Shown here: one piece after another, positions 55,533-64,000 of the stretch
Layout of the letters: every line of letters starts with the position of its first letter
Position numbering within the stretch: the first letter of the stretch is position 1
NCBI GenBank assembly: GCA_963663475.2
Contig: CAXXJV010000001.1
Span: forward strand, 2,400,001-2,464,000
DNA length: 64,000 nt
Origin: Candidatus Cloacimonadales bacterium
GTDB taxonomy: Bacteria > Cloacimonadota > Cloacimonadia > Cloacimonadales > JAFGVF01
Direction: 5' to 3'
Program-made: the position numbers and the translations under genes
Notes under the pieces: model-generated
What the model saw: only the letters and a program-made list of their open reading frames with translations
What the model was told of the DNA's origin: nothing
Databases searched by the model: none

Positions 55533-57056
55533 TTAGTGTCTGAAGTGTCTTGTCGAGGTCATTACCATAGCGATGTTATGTTCATTACAAGCATCAATAA
55601 CCTCAGGATCTCCTTTAGAACCACCTGGTTGAATGACAGCAGTAACTCCGTATTGAACAAGTTGATCAATAGAGTCTCTGAAAGGGAAGAAACCGTCAGA
55701 AGCACAGATTGAATTTTCTAAAGACAGGGAGAATTTTTTTGCTTTAGAGATTGCTATTTCAGTTGAATCTATTCGAGAAGTTTGTCCAATACCTAGTCCA
55801 AGAGTTTGATCATTGCTAGTAAAAGCTACAGCATTTGATTTAAGAGAAGCAACACAGTTCCAGCCAAATTTAAGAGCTTGCCATTCTTTTTCTGTAGGTT
55901 GTCTTTTAGTAGCTACCTGCCAGTTATCAGGATTATCTTTATCAATATCGTTGTCTTGGACTAAGAATCCATTCATACATGAGACAACATTAGAACGCTT
56001 TTTAAGCAAGTCTAGTTTATCTACATTAAAAGAAAGAAGTCTTCTATTTTTCTTTTTTTGTAGAAACTCAATAACACCTTGATCATATTCAGGAGCAATT
56101 ATTATTTCGGTAAAGATTTTATTAATTGCCTTAGCAGTGGTTAGGTCTAGACATCTATTAACAATAACAATACCTCCGAAAGGAGAGAGAGTATCAGTAG
56201 CAAAGGCCTTTTCGTAAGCATCTAGTAAGTTTAATCCAGAGGCAATGCCACAAGGGTTAGTATGTTTAAAAATAGCTACAGTAGGATATTCCTTAAACTT
56301 CATGATTGTTTTTAAGGCAGCGTCAATGTCAAGTAGGTTATTATAAGAAAGTTGCTTGCCGTGTAGAACTTCAATTATGTCTTCTTCTTGATAGAAGTGA
56401 GCTTTCTGATGAGGATTTTCTCCATAGCGAAGGGTATCATTTAGTTTCATAGAGATATTAAGTTGCGAAAAATCCTGATTAAGATTCATGAAGTAATTTG
56501 CAATAGCAGTGTCATAATCCGCAGTATGCATAAAAGCTTTCTGGGCCAAGTAGAGTCTATATTCCTTAGTATCTAGTTTATTTTCAATAACTTCAATTGT
56601 CTTATCATAATCTGCACTATCTGTAATAACATAAACAGAGTCATAGTTTTTAGCAGCAGACCTAATTAAGGTTGGTCCACCTATATCAATATTTTCAATG
56701 ATTTCAGCATGAGTGGAGTCTGGATTATCTAGAGTTTTCTTAAATGGGTAAAGATTAACGCATACTATATCGATTAAATGAATATCGAGTTGCTGAGCTT
56801 GTTCAAGGTGCTGAGGTATTTGGCGATTAGCAAGTATTCCACCATGAATTAAAGGATTTAAGGTTTTGACTCTTCCATCCATAATTTCAGGAAACTTGGT
56901 AATATCACTAACATAGAGGACTTCAATCCCATTATCATTAAGATATTTGGCTGTTCCACCACTAGAGATAATTTCATAATCTAATTTAATCAATTTTTGG
57001 GCAAAGGGTAAAATGTTTTTTTTGTCTGAAAGACTAATCAGAGCTCTCTTCTTCAT
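55533..57056 (-). CDS. purH: Bifunctional AICAR transformylase/IMP cyclohydrolase
   Basis: RALISLSDK, GRVKTL, IDIGGP, LRYGENPHQ, SDGFFPF, RHFRH; GGAG RBS before ATG 57056. Confidence 0.97.
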   Translation of the reverse strand: MKKRALISLSDKKNILPFAQKLIKLDYEIISSGGTAKYLNDNGIEVLYVSDITKFPEIMDGRVKTLNPLIHGGILANRQIPQHLEQAQQLDIHLIDIVCVNLYPFKKTLDNPDSTHAEIIENIDIGGPTLIRSAAKNYDSVYVITDSADYDKTIEVIENKLDTKEYRLYLAQKAFMHTADYDTAIANYFMNLNQDFSQLNISMKLNDTLRYGENPHQKAHFYQEEDIIEVLHGKQLSYNNLLDIDAALKTIMKFKEYPTVAIFKHTNPCGIASGLNLLDAYEKAFATDTLSPFGGIVIVNRCLDLTTAKAINKIFTEIIIAPEYDQGVIEFLQKKKNRRLLSFNVDKLDLLKKRSNVVSCMNGFLVQDNDIDKDNPDNWQVATKRQPTEKEWQALKFGWNCVASLKSNAVAFTSNDQTLGLGIGQTSRIDSTEIAISKAKKFSLSLENSICASDGFFPFRDSIDQLVQYGVTAVIQPGGSKGDPEVIDACNEHNIAMVMTSTRHFRH

Positions 57057-58047
57057 TAATTTCTCCATTCTTATCATTATTTATACTTTTATTAATTACA
57101 TCTAATATAGAAGAAAATTGATTTTCTTTTAGGTTATATTTTAGATTAGAATACTCTTTTGAATCGAGCAAGACTCTAATATCAAGTTGTAGTTTATGGA
57201 ATCTTTGGTTTTGAGAAAGCTGGAAAGACTCTCCAGAAGATGATTTTCTAAACATAGAGATGATTAGGATACCAAAGAGGATAAGTAGCCAATTAAGATA
57301 GAGCCACAGGACAGTAATAGGGATTGTAGCAAGGAGACCAAAATCAGAATTAAAGTTTATTGAGTTCCTAACATAGATATCAAAAGCAAACTTTGCTATA
57401 TACCATGCCAAGGTAGTAATTAATGTTCCTTTTATCAAATCATTTTTACTTATTCTAATACTCGGCATAAAGAGGTAAAGGATAGTAAGCAAGGTAAATT
57501 GCAGAATAATGGGTATGAAATAAGAGATGATTCTGGCAAATGTTGAAATAACAGGAATTTCTTGAATCACAGAAGCTGAAACAAGGGTAAATATAAGAAT
57601 CATTAGTAGGAATCCAAAAAATATTGAGCCTATAAACTTTGTTAGTTTAGCAAAAATATCTATCTGATGACTTTGGTGAATGTCAAGAATCTTATCAAAA
57701 GTTTTGTTAAGAATATTAAACATAGAGAATGAACTAAAGCCAACAAAGATAAAGGAATATATATTCAAGCTAAGCTTTTTATTGAGAGCTAATTCGATTA
57801 ATTCTTTAACCTTAGCAGCAGTTTCCGGAATAAAGTTATCTAATATTCTAGCAATATAGACACTTTTATCAACATTTAGAATATTTGGCAGGATTAAGAA
57901 GGCAAAGGATAGCATAGGGATAATGGCAACCATGGATATAAAGGTAAGATTAGCTGCTTCTTTCATTAGACCTAGTTCGAAAATTTTTAAGACAAATATC
58001 TTAGATGTTTTAAAACTCTTGCTAACTATCCTTTTTAAAGTAATCAT
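57034..58047 (-). CDS. YihY/virulence factor BrkB family membrane protein
   Basis: AANLTF...P, LY..MP, G......LWLYL.W..IL.G. Confidence 0.85.
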   Translation of the reverse strand: MITLKRIVSKSFKTSKIFVLKIFELGLMKEAANLTFISMVAIIPMLSFAFLILPNILNVDKSVYIARILDNFIPETAAKVKELIELALNKKLSLNIYSFIFVGFSSFSMFNILNKTFDKILDIHQSHQIDIFAKLTKFIGSIFFGFLLMILIFTLVSASVIQEIPVISTFARIISYFIPIILQFTLLTILYLFMPSIRISKNDLIKGTLITTLAWYIAKFAFDIYVRNSINFNSDFGLLATIPITVLWLYLNWLLILFGILIISMFRKSSSGESFQLSQNQRFHKLQLDIRVLLDSKEYSNLKYNLKENQFSSILDVINKSINNDKNGEINEEESSD

Positions 58048-59276
58048 TATTCAGTCCTTAGAGCCGTTACAGGATTAAGAGAGCAGGCTTTCCAGGAAGG
58101 TATAACACCAAAGATAAGTCCAACTCCTGAAGACATTAAGAGGGCAATAATAATTAATTGCGAGGTAACTGCAATACTAACATTAACATAACCTGCAACA
58201 ATATCTGCCAGGCCAATACCCACAAATATTCCAACTATTCCACCTAGGGTCGTAATAATAATAGTTTGGATTAAGAATTGGAGGAAAATATCTAATTTTG
58301 AACCACCTACTGACATTCTTACCCCTATTTCACGAGTTCTTTCTTTGATTGTAGCCAGCATGATATTCATAATCACAATTCCACCAACCAAAAGGGAAAT
58401 AGCTGATATGAAATAGAAAATTATATTAAATTTAGATGAATTTTCTAAAATCTCTTCTCTTCGCTCCAAGTTAGAACTGGTTTTATAAACTGGTTTATTA
58501 TTGAATTGAGCATTTAAAGTTTTTTCAACTTTGGCTTGAACTGACTCAGTCAAAGATTCATCTGTAGTAAGTATGGAAAAGTTGGTTATACTATTGTATC
58601 TAGGATTTAATTTTAGTGACGTAGTTATGGGTACTAGGATCATATCATTCTTCCATTCAAGCCAGTTTCCTTGACCTAGTTCAGATTGTCCCATAAATTC
58701 ACGATAATCTAAGATACCTATAACAGTTAAGAAATCTCCCCCAACATTTATTTTCTTACCTATAGGATTTATAGACCCAAACAGATTCATTCTTGCATTG
58801 GAACCTATTAAAGCAACATCATTGTTTGCTTTGTAGTCAAACTGATTAAACATTCGTCCTTCCTGCACACCCCAGTCTTCAACTTTAAAGAAATCATCAT
58901 CTACCGCCCTATACCAAGGAGCTACATCATTTTTCCCATATTTTATTGAGTTATTCCATACAGTTAAGTTTAAATCAAGACTTTCAATACCCTGGATAGG
59001 TCTGAGTAATTCTTTTAATTCATCATATTCAAATCTTTTTCTTCTATTTACCTGTTCATTAAACTCCCAGTTAACATAGACTTCTATTTTCTTGAAACCA
59101 CCAGTTTCTTCAATCCAGCTAGTAGTTTGTTTAATAGAACCTTGCACAATACTCATAACTATGATAATGGAAGCTGTACCCAGGATTATTCCCATAACAG
59201 TAACAATGGTTCTAATCTTCTTAGCCCAGAAGTCTTGCAGGCTTTGATTAACTACTTCTTTAAAGGAAATCGCCAT
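58047..59276 (-). CDS. ABC transporter permease (MacB/FtsX-like)
   Basis: RT..T.MGIILG, ISLLVGGIVIMNIML..IKERTREIG.R, P.WKA..LNPV.ALR. Confidence 0.92.
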   Translation of the reverse strand: MAISFKEVVNQSLQDFWAKKIRTIVTVMGIILGTASIIIVMSIVQGSIKQTTSWIEETGGFKKIEVYVNWEFNEQVNRRKRFEYDELKELLRPIQGIESLDLNLTVWNNSIKYGKNDVAPWYRAVDDDFFKVEDWGVQEGRMFNQFDYKANNDVALIGSNARMNLFGSINPIGKKINVGGDFLTVIGILDYREFMGQSELGQGNWLEWKNDMILVPITTSLKLNPRYNSITNFSILTTDESLTESVQAKVEKTLNAQFNNKPVYKTSSNLERREEILENSSKFNIIFYFISAISLLVGGIVIMNIMLATIKERTREIGVRMSVGGSKLDIFLQFLIQTIIITTLGGIVGIFVGIGLADIVAGYVNVSIAVTSQLIIIALLMSSGVGLIFGVIPSWKACSLNPVTALRTE

Positions 59277-59940
59277 TATGTATCTTCCCATCTACAATAG
59301 TGATTACTCTATCAGCTTTTTCAGCAATAGACTTATCATGTGTAACAACAATAACAGTATTCCCGAGAGAATGAAGTTGTTTGAAAATTGACATTATATC
59401 AGAACCAGAGCTTGTATCAAGATTGCCTGTAGGTTCATCAGCTAAGATGATAGAAGGACTATTCACAATTGCTCTTGCGATAGCAACTCTTTGTCTTTGC
59501 CCTCCCGAAAGCTCTGAAGGTTTATGTTTTAATCTATCTCCTAAGCCTACTGATGTAAGAACTTCAATAGCCTTTTTTTCCCTTTTAGACTTAGAAACGC
59601 CACCATATAAGAGTGGGAGTTCAACATTCTTTTGAATGTTTATATGAGGTAAAAGGTTAAAAGTCTGAAATACGAAACCAATCTTATTGTTCCGTATTTT
59701 AGCTAATTTGCCTTTACTTAATTTTTCTACATTGATGCCATCAAGTATATAAGAACCTTTTGAGGGGGAATCAAGACAGCCAAGTATATGCATTAGGGTT
59801 GATTTACCTGAACCTGAAGGTCCGATAATAGCGACAAATTCACCTTGTTTAATACTAATTTCAACACCTTGAAGAGCATTTACTTGAACTTTTCCCATGC
59901 TATAGGTTTTAACCAAATCTTCTGTACGAATTATTTCCAT
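59260..59940 (-). CDS. ABC transporter ATP-binding protein (LolD/MacB-like)
   Basis: [27 protein letters not shown]. Confidence 0.95.
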   Translation of the reverse strand: MEIIRTEDLVKTYSMGKVQVNALQGVEISIKQGEFVAIIGPSGSGKSTLMHILGCLDSPSKGSYILDGINVEKLSKGKLAKIRNNKIGFVFQTFNLLPHINIQKNVELPLLYGGVSKSKREKKAIEVLTSVGLGDRLKHKPSELSGGQRQRVAIARAIVNSPSIILADEPTGNLDTSSGSDIMSIFKQLHSLGNTVIVVTHDKSIAEKADRVITIVDGKIHNGDFL

Positions 59941-59952
59941 ATTTGCCTACAT

Positions 59953-61671
59953 TTATTTATTTTGATCTATCATTAATATCTGTCTAACTTTTGCTGCAAA
60001 GCTACTGTTAGGATATTGAGTTAAAAAGTTTCTAGCCATATCTTGAGCTAACTGTGATTTATCATCTTCTAAGTAAAGCAAGATTACTGCTGCATAGTCG
60101 CGAGCAAAATCTTCTTTAAAGTTAACAGAAAGTAATTTTCTTGCTCTCTGATAATTCATGTTATCAATATTCATTTGAGCATTTTTTATAAGAAAGTATT
60201 CATTGCCACTTGCATGATAGAGTTGGCTATATAATGAATCAGCTTGCTCAAGTAAGAATAGTTTTTCTTTACGATATGCGTCAAGAAAAAGATTCTTTTC
60301 ATTATCTTTTAAAGATTTTAGGATGTATTTTAAGTCAAGCATTTCAATAGTAAAATCTGATTCAGGAGCTTGGATAATTAGCTCAGTAGCTAAAGAGTCA
60401 GCAATAGAACCATTTTGAAAGATTTCAAACAAATAGTAATTAAAGAAGTAGTTAGAGTTTTTACCATAGTTTGCTAACTGATCTAAATATTTTTTTGCTT
60501 GTGAATAATCTTCCTGTAAGAGTTTGAAATAACTCAATCTTGACTTCAATGACATTTTCTGGTTATTGTTATAAGCGTATTTTTCTGCTTGATTTAACAG
60601 GTTTTCGTATTGATTTGATAATCCTTTATTTCTTGTTGATATATCTGCCTTGAGCAAATAAGCATCAAATAGTAGATTCCTTTTCAACCCATAATCAGAG
60701 TCAGCAATAACAATATTTAGAAGAGAATCTGCTTGGGCATAACTAGCGCTTTCAAAGAGCATTTGAGCATAGTTTAAAGTATATCTATAATAGAATCTTA
60801 AATCATCAATTTTAGCAATTGCCATTTGATATAAAAGCTGACTAATCTTATATTCTTTTAATCTTTTAAACTGCTCTGCTTTGGTATAAATCTGTTTAGC
60901 ATCATAATTTTCCAATATGCTTAAAGCTAAGGGAATACGGTCATTTGTTAAAAGAGCATGTATATAGATATCAATAATTGCTTGGTTATCTTTAGTTATC
61001 TCTATTTCTTCACTATCGTTACCGAAATGGTCAATTAATACAGAAATTGAGCTAGGATCATTTTTTAATATATTTCTAATTCTAGAGTTAATAAGATTTT
61101 TACTTGCCTTATCATGTTCAAGAGCTAGTAGGTAATAGTTAAGTGCTTGCGAGTAGTTTCTAGCGAAATAGTAAGAATCAGCAAGTTCAAAAGCAAACTT
61201 ATGGGGAAAAAGTTGGTCTCCTATGAGAAAGATATCAATAGACTCTTCATAAGCTCTATAGCGTTGGAATAGTTTTCCCATATTTATATAATCAGCTTGA
61301 GAAGAGGATGTTGTTAAGAAGCTATTTGCTTTTTCCAGGGCAAGTTCAAAATTCTTATCCATGAGCATAAAAGTAATCTCATATTTAATTTTATGATCAT
61401 TTGCTAGAAGATTAGTTTTTTTCTTAAGTAAGTTTAGTCCTTCTTGCCCTTTATTAGTTCTGATATAGAGTTCAAAAAGTGCTATAATTACGTCTTCATC
61501 TTGAGGAAATTTAGTAATTGCTTCCTGATATATTTCTTCTGCTAAGGAGTATTTTCTTACTTTTATCATATCGTTAGCATTATTTAGTAATATCTTTTTC
61601 TCATCATAGTTTGCAAAGAGGCCAATAGAGCAAATCAGAAAGAAGATAATGGTGATAAGTTTTCTATTCAT
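59953..61671 (-). CDS. Exported tetratricopeptide repeat protein
   Basis: Signal peptide; repeated TPR-like helices; C-terminal YPNS.FA..VR. Confidence 0.7.
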   Translation of the reverse strand: MNRKLITIIFFLICSIGLFANYDEKKILLNNANDMIKVRKYSLAEEIYQEAITKFPQDEDVIIALFELYIRTNKGQEGLNLLKKKTNLLANDHKIKYEITFMLMDKNFELALEKANSFLTTSSSQADYINMGKLFQRYRAYEESIDIFLIGDQLFPHKFAFELADSYYFARNYSQALNYYLLALEHDKASKNLINSRIRNILKNDPSSISVLIDHFGNDSEEIEITKDNQAIIDIYIHALLTNDRIPLALSILENYDAKQIYTKAEQFKRLKEYKISQLLYQMAIAKIDDLRFYYRYTLNYAQMLFESASYAQADSLLNIVIADSDYGLKRNLLFDAYLLKADISTRNKGLSNQYENLLNQAEKYAYNNNQKMSLKSRLSYFKLLQEDYSQAKKYLDQLANYGKNSNYFFNYYLFEIFQNGSIADSLATELIIQAPESDFTIEMLDLKYILKSLKDNEKNLFLDAYRKEKLFLLEQADSLYSQLYHASGNEYFLIKNAQMNIDNMNYQRARKLLSVNFKEDFARDYAAVILLYLEDDKSQLAQDMARNFLTQYPNSSFAAKVRQILMIDQNK

Positions 61672-61672
61672 T

Positions 61673-64000
61673 TTAATCCCTATTAATTCTTTTAAGGTAT
61701 TCTAGTATAATCTTTTGATATTCTTTTGAGTAAGCTCTGTACTCTTCTTCAAGCAGGGCATTTTTCTCTAGTTCTTTAAATCTCAGTTCAAGTTCTTCTG
61801 GACTATCCCATAATTTATCATCAGCTTCTTGTCCTTTTCTCTTCTTACTCTGATCTTTCTTATTAATTGATTTGGTAGCTTCAAGCATACGTGAAAGAAT
61901 ATTTTCTTGTTGTTTAAGTAGTTCTTGGTCCATTTTATTAAAACGTAACTTCTGAGAAACATCTTCCAGCTCTTCAATTAATCTATTTAGTCCTGCAGCT
62001 TGTTTTTGTGCTTGAGGGTTAGTTTGAATCATTCTTTTCAAGTTTTCAGCAAGCCTGTTTTCATCAGCTGACATTTGTCTCATCTGACCTCTCATTTCAT
62101 TAGATAATTGTGGCTTACCTTGTCCTAATTGTTGCATCATTTCTTGAGCTAACATGTTCATTGCCATTTGCTCTTGTCCCATTTGCTGCATTTCTTGCAT
62201 GAAATCTTGCATACCCCCTGAGCCTCCAGATTGCTGACTTCCCTCATCAGCAAGGAGAGCAAAAATCATCAGGTTTAAACCTGCTTGAATATCCTTCATA
62301 TGATTTTTGGCAGTATAAATCTTTTTGTCACTCACATCTGTAAAGAAAGCATTATAGGCAGACATTGTGTTTGAGAGGTCAAACATAAACTTAGGATTAA
62401 GTGATAGCATAACTTCAGGAACTGAAAAGAATTTTCTCATAGATTTATCAAGCATGTCATGTTGAACAATCATATTATCAAAAATTAAAAAAGGATCATT
62501 GTCCATTAGAAGGCTTAAATCTTTATGATCTTTTGTGTAATACAATAATTCTTTTATCAATTTATCTTTTGCTGCTTGGGCTTCTTTACTTTTAATACTA
62601 GACATCATAGATTGCATAGACATCATTGATTGTGACATCTTCTCCATCTGAGAAAGCATTTGTTCTTGAGAAGTTTGAGTGCTAGTCGCTTTATCCATTT
62701 TCATTTGCTCAGAGATAGCTTGCATTTGCTGAGACATCTGATTCATATCAACTTGACTTTTCATCTTACTTAATTCATCTTTGACTGGTTTATCAGAAGG
62801 AGAATTAAGCATTTGAGAGAGTTTTTCAGTTTCTTCTTGCAAGGCTTTTAGCTTGTCTTGAATATCATCTTGTTGCTTTGCTAAGTCTTGATTATCTCCA
62901 TTATTCTTAGTGTCTTCTAAGAGATTTTCCTGCATCTCCTGCATTTCTTGGGTTAAACCTAGCATTTTCTCTAAACTCTGATTCTTTTTAAGTTCCTCCA
63001 GCATCTTAAGTGTTTGCTCTAACTTCTCATTAAAATCTTCCATTGAAAACTTCATTTCTTCCAGAGCTTTCTTAAAGTCTTCTGAATCAAGTTCAGACAT
63101 TTTATCTTTCATCTTTTGCATTAGTTCTTGCATTTCTGCTGTATTTATCTCTTCCATTAACTCCTTAATCTTTTCCATCTTTTGTAATGTTTCCTGAGTT
63201 AAGGCTTCATTCTTACTAGCTTCTTGTATCATTTCTTGCATTTTTTCAATTGATTTTTCTACATTTTGAGAAAGTTCTTCTTGTTGAGAAAGCATATTTT
63301 CTATTTCTTCTTTATCTTTCCATTCAAGTTGGTCTTTCTTAAGTAGCTCTCGTCTTTTTTTCTCAAAGTCTTCTTGAAGTTGATCAGATTCTTTTAAAGT
63401 TTGATTCATGAGGGCCTTTTGTTGTTCTTCAGCCTCTTCTATATCTTGAAAAATTTCCTGTAAAGTAGGTATTCTGAGATTTATCTTATCAGACTCTACC
63501 CTATGTTTCTTACCCAAATTATCTTCTACAGAAGCCCAGAAGGTAACTTCATCTCCAGGAAACATCTTATATTCAGAAAGGTCTAATAACATAGAATAGT
63601 TATAAATTTTATTATTTATAGAAGCAAAAATAAGACTATCATATTTGACTGTATTTGATAATTCATAGGAAAGTTTTAAGTTTTGCAAGCCATAATCATC
63701 ACTTATTTTTATAGTTAAAGGAATAATTTGATTTTTAGCCATTTTACCATTTTGGGGATAATCACTGATTTCGATTTCAGGCTTAAGGTCTGGTATTACA
63801 CTAATCTTTTTAAAGGGAGAGATGTATTGGTCATCATATGTATTAATAATCTTTAATTGATAATCAGCATTTACACTAAGAGTTAAATCAAATAGAGCTA
63901 GATTTTCTCCTACTTTACTTCCTTTAATTGCCTGTCCATCTCGGTAAACCATCCAAGCATCTTTTATCTGGCTATTAGTAGTTACTAGAATCTTTACTTG
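61673..64000 (-). CDS. Large coiled-coil, Gln/Met-rich protein (DUF4175-like), truncated by the window edge
   Basis: Frame stays open from 63952 to 64000; D.KP.I..I.DDYGL Ig-like segment followed by Q/E/M-rich helices. Confidence 0.7.
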   Translation of the reverse strand, partial: QVKILVTTNSQIKDAWMVYRDGQAIKGSKVGENLALFDLTLSVNADYQLKIINTYDDQYISPFKKISVIPDLKPEIEISDYPQNGKMAKNQIIPLTIKISDDYGLQNLKLSYELSNTVKYDSLIFASINNKIYNYSMLLDLSEYKMFPGDEVTFWASVEDNLGKKHRVESDKINLRIPTLQEIFQDIEEAEEQQKALMNQTLKESDQLQEDFEKKRRELLKKDQLEWKDKEEIENMLSQQEELSQNVEKSIEKMQEMIQEASKNEALTQETLQKMEKIKELMEEINTAEMQELMQKMKDKMSELDSEDFKKALEEMKFSMEDFNEKLEQTLKMLEELKKNQSLEKMLGLTQEMQEMQENLLEDTKNNGDNQDLAKQQDDIQDKLKALQEETEKLSQMLNSPSDKPVKDELSKMKSQVDMNQMSQQMQAISEQMKMDKATSTQTSQEQMLSQMEKMSQSMMSMQSMMSSIKSKEAQAAKDKLIKELLYYTKDHKDLSLLMDNDPFLIFDNMIVQHDMLDKSMRKFFSVPEVMLSLNPKFMFDLSNTMSAYNAFFTDVSDKKIYTAKNHMKDIQAGLNLMIFALLADEGSQQSGGSGGMQDFMQEMQQMGQEQMAMNMLAQEMMQQLGQGKPQLSNEMRGQMRQMSADENRLAENLKRMIQTNPQAQKQAAGLNRLIEELEDVSQKLRFNKMDQELLKQQENILSRMLEATKSINKKDQSKKRKGQEADDKLWDSPEELELRFKELEKNALLEEEYRAYSKEYQKIILEYLKRINRD

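Overview
AT-rich bacterial chromosome segment. The T9SS/FlgD-Ig-like C-terminal sorting domains and the 16S sequence suggest the FCB group, probably Cloacimonadota (inference, no database search run). Positions 784-33001 are all + strand: maf, amidohydrolase, radical SAM, then a ComEA-type HhH beta-barrel / second outer-membrane barrel / 5'-nucleotidase trio, tsaB, the mreBCD-mrdA-rodA operon with a CofE-like ligase inserted, htrA, trxB, two secreted CTD proteins, envelope glycosylation genes and ribH-nusB. Positions 33116-64000 are all - strand: asparaginase, mutS, U32 protein, rho, tRNA-Lys, a frameshifted MFS gene, recF-dnaN without dnaA, a complete rrn operon (16S, tRNA-Ile, tRNA-Ala, 23S with a ~250-nt intervening sequence, 5S), a GC-rich REP-like array, purH and an ABC transporter. 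The best candidates for undescribed biology are (1) a putative outer-membrane DNA/nucleotide capture-and-salvage locus, (2) a CofE-family ligase translationally coupled between mreC and mreD, (3) a dispersed family of long near-perfect palindromes (3 copies), (4) a secreted Ntn-hydrolase whose catalytic Cys is the first residue after the signal peptide, and (5) repeat architecture around the rrn operon. All product calls rest on motif recognition by eye.
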